Positions 10,581 through 19,776 of a stretch of 64,000 nt of DNA are shown here, piece by piece. Each line of letters starts with the position of its first letter. Positions within the stretch are counted from its first letter, which is position 1. The DNA comes from a phage, in the NCBI GenBank assembly GCA_025823825.1, contig GCA_025823825.1_4720.1; one strand, given 5' to 3'. Under the pieces are notes generated by a model. The model did no database searches. It saw nothing but the letters and a program-made list of their open reading frames with translations, and was not told where the DNA came from. The position numbers were made by a program, and so were the translations under genes.

Positions 10581-11479
10581 ACAGCCGCCTCTTCTTTTCG
10601 TTTGATGTCGTAACGAAGTTTCTTCAGCCTGTCTTCGTGATATTCGATCTGCTGCTGGATTTTTGGATCGTTGCCCGCATTCTGTTGCTTTTGCTTCAGT
10701 GACAAAATCCAATACTCCAGCGCTTGGGCTTCTTCTTTGGCTGCTTGTAATGATGCTTCTTCACGTTCGCTGCGCCAGATACGGAAACGGTAAACAAGCG
10801 TGTCGGTTACATCGCCGTTAGCCCACGAACCCATACGCATCGGGTCAGTATTACCCGCATTGTACAATCCGTTACCAACACCGTCTTCATCAGAAACCAC
10901 GACATCCGGGATTTTATCCAATCCAGCAAGGATCTGTTGTTTCTGTCCACATAGCACCTCGGTGGCAACGGCGAAACCGTACATATTGGCGGTCAGGTAA
11001 GCAATCTCGTTTTTGGTGAAGAACTCACCAAGTGCTTTATCACCACCCGGCATGCTTTCGCAGATGACCGTCGCACGAAGCAGCGTACGAGCGTAGCTAA
11101 CGTAGAAGCCCAGAGACTCAACAAGACGTACCAGAGCGGCTTCTTTGAAACTCAGACCGTCAGCAGCAACATCGATTTCCAGGTTTTTGTTAACGCGTTT
11201 AACAATTTCTGGAATCAGATCAACAGCATTACGTAGCGCTAAGTGAACGTTTTCTACCCAGCTTCCAGAGCGAACGCGGGTTAAACGCTGGTGCAGATCC
11301 TTATCAGCAAGTTTCCATAGGGCGCTTTCACCCTTTTGGAGAAGCGAAGCGGATGTCTCGTAGTAAGGAATCGCGGTGTTGTTGATTTCGTCACGGATTG
11401 ATTCGAGTGCGTCAGCAACACCTGTGCGTTTAAAAAGCGGCTTCAAACCGCGAATGAATTCTTTAAAATCAATTGCCAT
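10577..11479 (-). CDS. hypothetical protein (300 aa)
   Basis: ATG with AGGTG upstream; no recognisable motif. Confidence 0.75.
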   Translation of the reverse strand: MAIDFKEFIRGLKPLFKRTGVADALESIRDEINNTAIPYYETSASLLQKGESALWKLADKDLHQRLTRVRSGSWVENVHLALRNAVDLIPEIVKRVNKNLEIDVAADGLSFKEAALVRLVESLGFYVSYARTLLRATVICESMPGGDKALGEFFTKNEIAYLTANMYGFAVATEVLCGQKQQILAGLDKIPDVVVSDEDGVGNGLYNAGNTDPMRMGSWANGDVTDTLVYRFRIWRSEREEASLQAAKEEAQALEYWILSLKQKQQNAGNDPKIQQQIEYHEDRLKKLRYDIKRKEEAAV

Positions 11480-11518
11480 GAGTGAGCACCTATGCTATTT
11501 CGAAACAGGTTGCGAGTG

Positions 11519-12625
11519 TTAACGAATCTGTGGGACGTTTCCGGTACGGAGCGCCTGGAGGATCGTCAGGAGATCGGAACCCGAGGTTGACGAACTGTTG
11601 GATTTTTCCAGTTGCTTGAAGCTTACGGTGGTCCCTTGATCCAAGCTGTGGAAATAGAAGGTCACCATCTCTTCAGCTTCGTCGATGATGATCAACTGCA
11701 TTGCGAGGGCTTCAGCCATGACTTTCTGACGTGTGTTATAGTCAGATAAACGACGTCCGATCTTACGCTCGATGGCTTCCTGGTTAGCCTTAGAGATGAT
11801 ATAGGTGGAGGCGATTGCTCCAGAAGAAGGGATCTTTGTGCTCGCTGCAGCTTTTGCGGCATTGATGCGCGCAGCATTAACAGCCTTGCGGATACCCTCT
11901 TTATCCATACGTGAGATTCGTTTATGCTCACGAACCAGATCGCTAAGCAGGATCATATCGCTCCAGAAAGACAGCTCACCAGCCATCATGCGATGCCAAC
12001 GTGCTCGCCAGGTGTTCTGTGGGCCACCGATCGCTAAAATCGCTGCAAGCACTTCCGCCGGTGAACTCGCGATACGCATGCTGATGTTCAATGGCATTTT
12101 CATCGTTGCCTGACCATCGGTCAGCGTCACGGTTAAGAACTTGCCGGTGACCGCGTTCGCATCTTTGTTCAGCAATTCGATCGCTGCGTCGCTGGCTCCA
12201 ACATCGGTGCTATTTTTTTGTTTCCCCAGCAGGTTGAATCCTTTGTCATCAAGGAAAACAAGGCTTTTGCTATCCGCACTTTCCAGTGCTAATTTGACAG
12301 CCTTATCCATCAGATTAGCGTTACGATTTGGGTTCACACGACCCAGCGTTTTATCGACACTGATATTACCCACCTGCATGATGGTGTTCAACGCCAGTAA
12401 ATAGAACCCGGTATACATGTTTTCAGCGGTGCGCATGCAGTTGCCTAACGCATTGCGTGCGTCGCTATAATACAACTCACGTTCAAAGATCAGCGGTGCG
12501 ATAACGCGTGAAGGTTGTGAGAGTTCAACCAGCGAACCTGGCTGGATAAGTTTATTAACTTCGTAGACTTTAGCGATACCGGACGCAACAACGTTAACAG
12601 CGTCGGCAATTTCTGATGCTACCAT
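11519..12625 (-). CDS. hypothetical protein (368 aa)
   Basis: ATG with AAGGA RBS; start is only about 34 nt from the divergently oriented start at 12660. Confidence 0.75.
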   Translation of the reverse strand: MVASEIADAVNVVASGIAKVYEVNKLIQPGSLVELSQPSRVIAPLIFERELYYSDARNALGNCMRTAENMYTGFYLLALNTIMQVGNISVDKTLGRVNPNRNANLMDKAVKLALESADSKSLVFLDDKGFNLLGKQKNSTDVGASDAAIELLNKDANAVTGKFLTVTLTDGQATMKMPLNISMRIASSPAEVLAAILAIGGPQNTWRARWHRMMAGELSFWSDMILLSDLVREHKRISRMDKEGIRKAVNAARINAAKAAASTKIPSSGAIASTYIISKANQEAIERKIGRRLSDYNTRQKVMAEALAMQLIIIDEAEEMVTFYFHSLDQGTTVSFKQLEKSNSSSTSGSDLLTILQALRTGNVPQIR

Positions 12626-12659
12626 ATTGAAATCCTTATTTACAAATAAAGGAAAGAAA

Positions 12660-13865
12660 ATGTCTAATTACTACGACCAAGCTATTCAAACCATTCAGGA
12701 GAATAATGCGTCGTTAACACCCGAAGCTGTGGAGGCAGCGGGCAATGCGGTGTTATTCACTGATTCGGATTGGGCAATAGCGCGGAAGAATATTCGTACC
12801 AGTGTCGGTCAAGGGACATACGAGGACAGTATCGCCAGACGGTATCGGAATGTGTCACCTATTCCAGGGAACAGCCCGATTCCGATTAACCGCGATCATG
12901 CCGGTATTACCTTCTTTACACGACCTAATTTACATCTTACCGACGCGAACTTAAAACGAGATCGACGTTTGTGGTCGTTACGCACGGATAACCCTAACAG
13001 TATTCAGGCTGTTGTCCGCGACTACTTGGACCCTGTGGGTGCCAGAAAGCGGAACCATCGAGGACGTGCCATCGTCGATGAGCGCAATCCATTCATAAGT
13101 ATACTGACGGACAACCTGACGGATATCAGCGGTTTCAATGACATGGAAATGCAGGTCTATCAGGGCAAACCGGGATTACGCCAAGAAACCGTTGTGATGG
13201 CTGACGGTTCAGTGGATATGTTTCAACCCTATAACCTGAACGCGACGTTCAAGAACATCATGGGTAACCCCATCATGTTCCTTCATTATATTTGGTTGAT
13301 TTACATCGCTGGTGTGCATAATGGCGAACTGACGCCAAGCCCTCAGGCCATCATTGATAATGAGATGGATTACTGGACAAGATGTTATCGTATCATCTTG
13401 GATCCGACTGGGATGTATGTTCGTTATATCTTCGCACCGACCGCGATGTTTCCTGTCGGACTACCGATTGGTAATATGGCCAACTACAGCATCGATAAAC
13501 CCTTCACGCAAGATAACGAACGTATCACTATTCCATACCAAGCGGTTGGTAACAACGCATTTGATGAGATTCTGAAGGATGAATTCAATCGACTTGTCCT
13601 GATGTTCTATTACGGTGAGAACGATACCCGTACGTTCCTTGAAGATGAGGAGTTGGTACCTATCTCACCCTACGAGCGTCGAATCATGTCGTATCGTGTC
13701 GATATGTATCCATTTATTCATCCGTTGACCTCAGAGCTTCTTTGGTTCGTACCCGCTGATGATTACAACGAATTCTATCTGGATCTTGAGCCGTCGGCGT
13801 TACCACCGGATACGTTCAGTCGCGATCTTGTCCGTACCACCATTCCGCAAAATTACGAGGGATAA
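12660..13865 (+). CDS. hypothetical protein (401 aa from ATG; track start 12627 is TTG)
   Basis: ATG preceded by AAAGGAAAG; first gene of a two-gene plus-strand island. Confidence 0.75.
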   Translation: MSNYYDQAIQTIQENNASLTPEAVEAAGNAVLFTDSDWAIARKNIRTSVGQGTYEDSIARRYRNVSPIPGNSPIPINRDHAGITFFTRPNLHLTDANLKRDRRLWSLRTDNPNSIQAVVRDYLDPVGARKRNHRGRAIVDERNPFISILTDNLTDISGFNDMEMQVYQGKPGLRQETVVMADGSVDMFQPYNLNATFKNIMGNPIMFLHYIWLIYIAGVHNGELTPSPQAIIDNEMDYWTRCYRIILDPTGMYVRYIFAPTAMFPVGLPIGNMANYSIDKPFTQDNERITIPYQAVGNNAFDEILKDEFNRLVLMFYYGENDTRTFLEDEELVPISPYERRIMSYRVDMYPFIHPLTSELLWFVPADDYNEFYLDLEPSALPPDTFSRDLVRTTIPQNYEG

Positions 13866-13868
13866 TAA

Positions 13869-16862
13869 ATGAGCGTAACCAACAAAGATCTTGCTGAACA
13901 GCTCAATCGCTATATGCTTTCACCTATTGAAATGCAGGCTGTTGCAAGCGATATGATCCGTTTGGCTTCTGATGGTGAATTAACCCTGGTTGATCCCAGC
14001 TGTCCGTTTGTTTATCTGCTGGAGGTTGCAACGGCGACGGCGGCGAACCAGAACGCGCGGGATGAGTCCCGTGTTCGCGAACTGTATCCAAAACTTGCGA
14101 CCAACTGGAGCCAGCTTTATCGTTGGATGTATGATGAGTCGTACGTTGGACGTTTCGCAATGCCGGGTAAAACGGAAATCATCTATTCGTTAGGGTATCA
14201 GGAAATCCTCGATCGTGCTGTAGAGATTCCCAACACCATCGCCTCCGATGATTTAAGCCGTTCTTACAGCCGTAAGTTAGTGATACCACGTACGACGGCG
14301 TTTACGGTGGCTGGGATGGATTTCGGGTTGCATTATCCCATCGAAATCCAAGTACAAGCGCACGACCAGATACGTGTCGTTTATAACACTGATAACATCA
14401 GCCCATTGCAAACCTTGGAGAGTAACCAAGTTGAGTATGGGGTTGTTCGTGTAAAAGCGGGTAAAGTGTTGGTGATGCGTATCCCGCTGTTCCAGTTTAA
14501 AACGCTGGTAAAAGATGTGCCGTTTAACAGCGTTCACGGGATGAACAGCAGCATTACCTTCGAAGATCAGTTTTACCATTGTCGTGCGTACATGTCGTCG
14601 GATAACGATACCTGGACGGAGATAGCGACAACACACAGTCAGCAGATCTACGATCCGTTAACACCAACTATCGCGTTACAAGTAGAAGGGAACAAACTTA
14701 ACTGGCGTGTTCCTGAAATTTATTTGTCTCAAGGTACGATGGATAAAAGCACCATTCGACTTGAGGTGTTGACGACGAAAGGGAAAATCAGCGTCGACCC
14801 GTCTGATTACGACGTGACCGATTGGAAAGATAACTACATCGATTTGTCACCAAAAGCTGAACAGAAATACAGTGCGCCGCTAAGTGCGTTCAACATTAAA
14901 GGGATTTATAGCGAAGGGGCATTGTCGGGTGGGCGATCTGCGTTAACGTTCGAGGAACAACGTGAACGTGTTATGGCGGGCGTGAACAAAACCAAGGTAC
15001 CGATCACGGGAACGCAGGTAGAGCTGGTGCTTCAAGATGCGGGCTATGGGATGGTGACCACCATCGACAACGTAACCAATCGTTCGTTCCTGGCAACCCG
15101 AGATTTACCGCAATTGAGCGACAGCGTGCCGCAAGCCGGTTCGTTGATGGGGTCTTTCTATACGTCAGCTGCAGCATTGGTGAAAAGTAAGTTTGTCGCT
15201 GATAACGGCGATCGTATTACGATTAAACCTGACTGCCTGTATCGTGACAGTAACGGAAGTATCACACTGTTGTCAGACGATGAAATTGACCGTATTAATG
15301 CAGGCAACTCCGATGCGAAGTTGAACGCGGTAAACAACGCCATGTTGTTTTACAGTCCGTTTCATTACGTATTAGACGCAACAAGCGATTTCGACATACA
15401 TGCTTATTACCTGGATGCCCCTAAGATCGGCACGCAAGCATTCCTCGACGCGAACGAGACAATCCCGTTAACCGCTATGGTGACCGGATACCGTCTGGAT
15501 CGTATCGCCGAAGGATATCGTCTAAGCCTCATTGTAGAAGGTAACGACGCATGGAAAGCGCTCGACGATAAAAACGTGCACATCCAGCTGGGGTTCAATC
15601 CGCGTGGTGAGGGTGATTACGCAACGATGTTAGCATCGCCTACAACCGATGAACAAGGTCGTCGTTTGTTCACTTTCGATATCACCACGAATTATGATTT
15701 TACACGAATCCTGGCCGATGATTCCACGGCGTATGAACCATATATCGCATTGACTTCGTTCTCGATGTATGAATCGACACCGCGGGATTATTGGGCATCA
15801 CTGCAGCAGTATTTGGAAATATTCCATGTGGTGACGGATTACGCGCCGGAAGATGTCGACGGTATCTTACACAGCGCTTCCGATAATTACCTGGTTAAGA
15901 AACTCACGCTTCAAAATGGGTATTGTTTCTACCGTGAACGTCTCACCGCAACCTTTGGTTATGATCTGGATGGTCTTTGGATGCGCTCACGTACGGTGGC
16001 CTCGGAGATTACGTATAAACGTTACACCGAGAACATTCCGTGGGTGTATGATGAAGATATCCCAGCGACGGATGAGACCGGTTCTGTTATCATCGAGCAG
16101 GGTGACGATGGTACGTTGTCGGTTAAATATCTGCATCGTAAAGGTGACCCGAAATTAAACAGTGATGGAAGCCAAGCCTATCGTTACTTGAAAGGCGACA
16201 TCATGAAAGATAATTACGGTAATCCGATCCCCGTCGATGAACGTGAGGTTCTGCGTAACCTGGACATGTTCTTTATTGATGCGTCGTATCTGTTAGCGAA
16301 CGATACAGACGTGATTGAGTATCGTAACGCGATTCCTACGCAGCTTATCGAATGGATCCAGAACGATATCGACACGTTCAGGAATTTCTGTTACGAAGAA
16401 ACAGAGATTTCATTGTATCCTAAGCAATCGCTGGGGTATGTGGATGTTATTGTGGAAAACGGATTGGAAACGACGCTTCCTGCCGCCCTCTCGTTCAACG
16501 TGACACTGTACTTACCAGCTAAGCAATACGCTGACCTGGATTTACGTCAAGTCCTTCAAGCGATGGTATCGAAAGTCATCAATGAATGCTTGACATCCCG
16601 TACAGTAGCTAAAGCAGAAATGATCGCGATGATTCGTGAGGAAGGAGGTGACGACATCCTGAACGTTGAAATCGATGATTTTGGACCAGGTAAGAACCTC
16701 AGTGTTTATACCGCGAAGAACGACGGTGTTCGTTGTGCGGTGAAGAAAGAGCTTTATGTGAAAGCGGATGGTATCTTGTCCGTACGTGAAGCGATCGATG
16801 TAAGTTTTGTGAAACATGCACAAAGCAACAGCACAGCGTTAGCGCAAGGCCTTCGTGTTTAA
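13869..16862 (+). CDS. large hypothetical protein (997 aa)
   Basis: ATG 3 nt after upstream TAA, GAGGGA RBS; no recognised motif. Confidence 0.8.
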   Translation: MSVTNKDLAEQLNRYMLSPIEMQAVASDMIRLASDGELTLVDPSCPFVYLLEVATATAANQNARDESRVRELYPKLATNWSQLYRWMYDESYVGRFAMPGKTEIIYSLGYQEILDRAVEIPNTIASDDLSRSYSRKLVIPRTTAFTVAGMDFGLHYPIEIQVQAHDQIRVVYNTDNISPLQTLESNQVEYGVVRVKAGKVLVMRIPLFQFKTLVKDVPFNSVHGMNSSITFEDQFYHCRAYMSSDNDTWTEIATTHSQQIYDPLTPTIALQVEGNKLNWRVPEIYLSQGTMDKSTIRLEVLTTKGKISVDPSDYDVTDWKDNYIDLSPKAEQKYSAPLSAFNIKGIYSEGALSGGRSALTFEEQRERVMAGVNKTKVPITGTQVELVLQDAGYGMVTTIDNVTNRSFLATRDLPQLSDSVPQAGSLMGSFYTSAAALVKSKFVADNGDRITIKPDCLYRDSNGSITLLSDDEIDRINAGNSDAKLNAVNNAMLFYSPFHYVLDATSDFDIHAYYLDAPKIGTQAFLDANETIPLTAMVTGYRLDRIAEGYRLSLIVEGNDAWKALDDKNVHIQLGFNPRGEGDYATMLASPTTDEQGRRLFTFDITTNYDFTRILADDSTAYEPYIALTSFSMYESTPRDYWASLQQYLEIFHVVTDYAPEDVDGILHSASDNYLVKKLTLQNGYCFYRERLTATFGYDLDGLWMRSRTVASEITYKRYTENIPWVYDEDIPATDETGSVIIEQGDDGTLSVKYLHRKGDPKLNSDGSQAYRYLKGDIMKDNYGNPIPVDEREVLRNLDMFFIDASYLLANDTDVIEYRNAIPTQLIEWIQNDIDTFRNFCYEETEISLYPKQSLGYVDVIVENGLETTLPAALSFNVTLYLPAKQYADLDLRQVLQAMVSKVINECLTSRTVAKAEMIAMIREEGGDDILNVEIDDFGPGKNLSVYTAKNDGVRCAVKKELYVKADGILSVREAIDVSFVKHAQSNSTALAQGLRV

Positions 16863-16883
16863 AACAAAATAGCGTGAGCATAA

Positions 16884-16915
16884 CCCTCCTCCAACCCGTA
16901 AGGGAAGGAGGAGGG
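16884..16915. repeat. GC-rich extragenic hairpin element (CCCTCCTCC-AACCCGTAAGGGAA-GGAGGAGGG)
   Basis: Canonical copy between convergent genes; flanks GCATAA/TATGC extend the palindrome. Confidence 0.65.
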
Positions 16916-16924
16916 AATATGCTG

Positions 16925-19717
16925 TTATCTTACGTTATTGCTATTCTGTTGTTCACTGAACCAACCATACACCTTGAGATCGGTACCGTATTTCAATGCG
17001 ATATACGCATTCAGCGCAGCACAGAACAAAGACGCGAATGCCCATATCAGCGAAGGATCAACATCTTCCGTTACCACTGGGAGAGTATTATCCGGTTCCC
17101 ATGATGGTGAACTGTCCATGAACGTCGCGTACCATCCCCGCCGTTGTTCTTCGGTGGTAAAGTCGCTGTGGGGTTCCAATGCTTCTTTTGCCAGACGTCG
17201 ATATTCGAACATATGCGTTGCTAAAGCCGACGAGTTACCAGATTCGCCTTCATAGTTCGGATCCACCGCATAACAGAGTTCTGTTGAATCTAACAAAGCA
17301 ACCGCCTGTGTGATGCTGTCGGCAGTGCCTGCACCATAGAGCTCGATAGACCGCGAAAGCTTCTCACAGAACGCATTTAACGCGGAAGGATTGGACACCT
17401 GAAGGTCAAGGCCTAATGTCCACGGATAGTTACTGAATACACCCGTAAACCGTGGCATAACACCCAACAGATGCTGTCCGATTACAGCGCGGTTATAAAC
17501 AGCCCTGTTATAGACTTGAAACGCAGCCTCCAAGGCTTGGTTATAATGACGACGAAGTTCGTCACGCGAGTTGCGGAATCTGTTTGCCGCGAGACTCGTG
17601 GCTGCGACGCTACAAACATCGTAATTGGTGGACGAGAGCACAACCTCGTTAAGATCGAACGCTTCCTGTTTCAATGTTCCGCTAACAGCCACCGCTTCGC
17701 TGTTCGCTTTATCGACAACAGTACTCAAAGCGTTGATGTAACGCTTAGCCCGGACTTCCAGCCATTGTGCGATGCCGAGAATATCCACCGCAGCTTTAGC
17801 AAGATCGCGAGCATTCACGATTTCGTTCTTCAACGCCCCTAAATCTTTATTTTCAGGCGATGAGGCTTGTTGACGAATCATGCTGTTCAACATGGTAAGC
17901 AGATTATCCAACTCATGTCCACTGACCTTGTTACGTGCATCGGTAATCGGCCCTTGCAGGAATTTACGGCAACCATCGTTGTATCGAATCAGTTTATCCA
18001 CATCGATAGATTCGTTCGTGGATTCCTTGAACTGATTCTTCAATTCTTCACGGTAATCATGGATTTCACTTGCGAGATTATCGATAGTGATACCGTTATG
18101 TCCAAGAAGAACTTTATTGAAGTTACCTTTCTCGAATGCCAGAGCAAGACCTTCACGAATCTTAGCGAGTTTATCCTGATCGAGTTCACGACCGTTCGAT
18201 AGCTCTTTCACTTCCGAGCTGATTAATGCCGAAACGTTACCCAGATTGTCGGTAACCCCTTTGAACGCTCCCGACCAAATCGTTCCTGCTTCAGCGTATT
18301 TCGCAATGGTCTGAATACCGACGGTGTGCAGCGACGCTAAACGTTTCTTCGTGCCTTCGGTAAGCAGAGCGTCTTTAGCTCGCGTAAGCTGACTGTTATT
18401 AGCTTCTGCCTGCTGAATCGCTGCTTTCGCACTTCCATTACGCCAGCTCTTAACCAGCCAATCAACCAAACGTTTTAGGATATTGACGGTGTATTCCATT
18501 GTCCGCCGTAACGTTTCCCACGCGCTTTCTGCGGTATAGATGCCGTACCCTTCCATCTTCGTTGGGTCAAAGAAACCTTCCTGCATGAGATCAATACGGG
18601 TGTAGCCATCAGCAGCTTCTACTTCCGCCTGGGTTTTATCCCAGAAGTCGTCGCTCTTTGCAGCAACCGCTGTATCTTTAACGTCCAGGATGATCTGACC
18701 AACCGTTTGTGCAAACAGCAAGGCCGCACGTACCGATTGTGCGAACATCCGCTGATATTTGATTCGAACGCATTGCATCTGGGTTAGCAGATTCAGTTGT
18801 GCGATCCCATCCAAGGTGCTATCCTGAGCAAGCCCTTCGGCTTTAGCGATAACCTGTTTTACACGTTCAGCGACATCACCATACTGCTGGCAAACATCCC
18901 GCAGAATACGTGCCGCGAAGACCCCGGTACCGATATAGTTCAATAGGTCTTTTAACGACCATTCGGTCGGACAATCGGTCGGCGCAATAGGGAGTAAGCA
19001 ACCATCACCGTCCATGAATCTCTCTAATGCGCTAATATCCTGATTTTCTACGCTCATGGGGATATCGACATCAGCCGCTTGCAGATCCAGCATCTGTTGT
19101 AGGATGTTGGTATCGGCTTGTACAAGCGTCGCAAGCGCTTGGCTGTGTGCGATTATTGGTAACGCAGGTGACCATACTGCAGCAAGCTTGTCGGCGTGAC
19201 GTTGAATGGCATACCCCATATCCTCGATCACATCGGGATGCTCGATAACCCCCTGAAGCGTTTGATGTAGCTCACCGAGTTGCTGAGACAGATCGACCAT
19301 CATGGTGTTGAAGGTTTCGCCATCCTCTTTGTGGTTGTCCAGACGCTCGAGTTCATGTCGAAGCAATGTGACGAGCTGTCCGTTGCCTTCTTGCTTCAGC
19401 TTGCTTTCCATTAACGTAATGGCTTTATCGACGATCTGACACGCTTCACGAAAACCGGTTGTGGAAGGAAGCTCTGTCCATAACGCCAGCGGTTTACCGT
19501 CAAGGGCTTCCGGCATCGATAACGAAAGCATAGACAGTTGTTGACGTGATACTTGCTGTTCACGGTGTAGTGTTTCTTTTAACGCCAAGAGATCGTCAAG
19601 AAACGCGCCGTTAAGGGTGGTCGTACGCGGTGTTGAATTAATACCGTCAGTTAACGATTCAAGCACCAGGAGACCGTTATCAGCTGAAGAGAGTCCCGCG
19701 GCAAGATATTTGTTCAT
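16925..19717 (-). CDS. large hypothetical protein (930 aa)
   Basis: ATG with upstream ACGGAG; long uninterrupted frame. Confidence 0.8.
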   Translation of the reverse strand: MNKYLAAGLSSADNGLLVLESLTDGINSTPRTTTLNGAFLDDLLALKETLHREQQVSRQQLSMLSLSMPEALDGKPLALWTELPSTTGFREACQIVDKAITLMESKLKQEGNGQLVTLLRHELERLDNHKEDGETFNTMMVDLSQQLGELHQTLQGVIEHPDVIEDMGYAIQRHADKLAAVWSPALPIIAHSQALATLVQADTNILQQMLDLQAADVDIPMSVENQDISALERFMDGDGCLLPIAPTDCPTEWSLKDLLNYIGTGVFAARILRDVCQQYGDVAERVKQVIAKAEGLAQDSTLDGIAQLNLLTQMQCVRIKYQRMFAQSVRAALLFAQTVGQIILDVKDTAVAAKSDDFWDKTQAEVEAADGYTRIDLMQEGFFDPTKMEGYGIYTAESAWETLRRTMEYTVNILKRLVDWLVKSWRNGSAKAAIQQAEANNSQLTRAKDALLTEGTKKRLASLHTVGIQTIAKYAEAGTIWSGAFKGVTDNLGNVSALISSEVKELSNGRELDQDKLAKIREGLALAFEKGNFNKVLLGHNGITIDNLASEIHDYREELKNQFKESTNESIDVDKLIRYNDGCRKFLQGPITDARNKVSGHELDNLLTMLNSMIRQQASSPENKDLGALKNEIVNARDLAKAAVDILGIAQWLEVRAKRYINALSTVVDKANSEAVAVSGTLKQEAFDLNEVVLSSTNYDVCSVAATSLAANRFRNSRDELRRHYNQALEAAFQVYNRAVYNRAVIGQHLLGVMPRFTGVFSNYPWTLGLDLQVSNPSALNAFCEKLSRSIELYGAGTADSITQAVALLDSTELCYAVDPNYEGESGNSSALATHMFEYRRLAKEALEPHSDFTTEEQRRGWYATFMDSSPSWEPDNTLPVVTEDVDPSLIWAFASLFCAALNAYIALKYGTDLKVYGWFSEQQNSNNVR

Positions 19718-19732
19718 AAAACACTCCGTTGG

Positions 19733-19764
19733 CCCAGGGGAAGGTTTTCAGCCTTCCCCTAGGG
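19733..19764. repeat. GC-rich intergenic hairpin (AGGGGAAGG-TTTTCAG-CCTTCCCCT), variant loop
   Basis: Stem of 9-12 bp between 16925-19717 and 19777-22581. Confidence 0.5.
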
Positions 19765-19776
19765 TTATAAACACAA

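Noticed and set aside
16874-17104. 76-aa plus-strand ORF starting inside a hairpin element (MSITLLQPVREGGGNMLL...)
   Set aside because: The N-terminus is just the translated hairpin repeat (the same LLQPVREGG peptide appears as the artefactual N-terminal extension of 42306-43058), and the body overlaps the 3' end of the 930-aa minus-strand gene. The ATG with a perfect SD in the hairpin arm is noted, but the ORF is most likely spurious.
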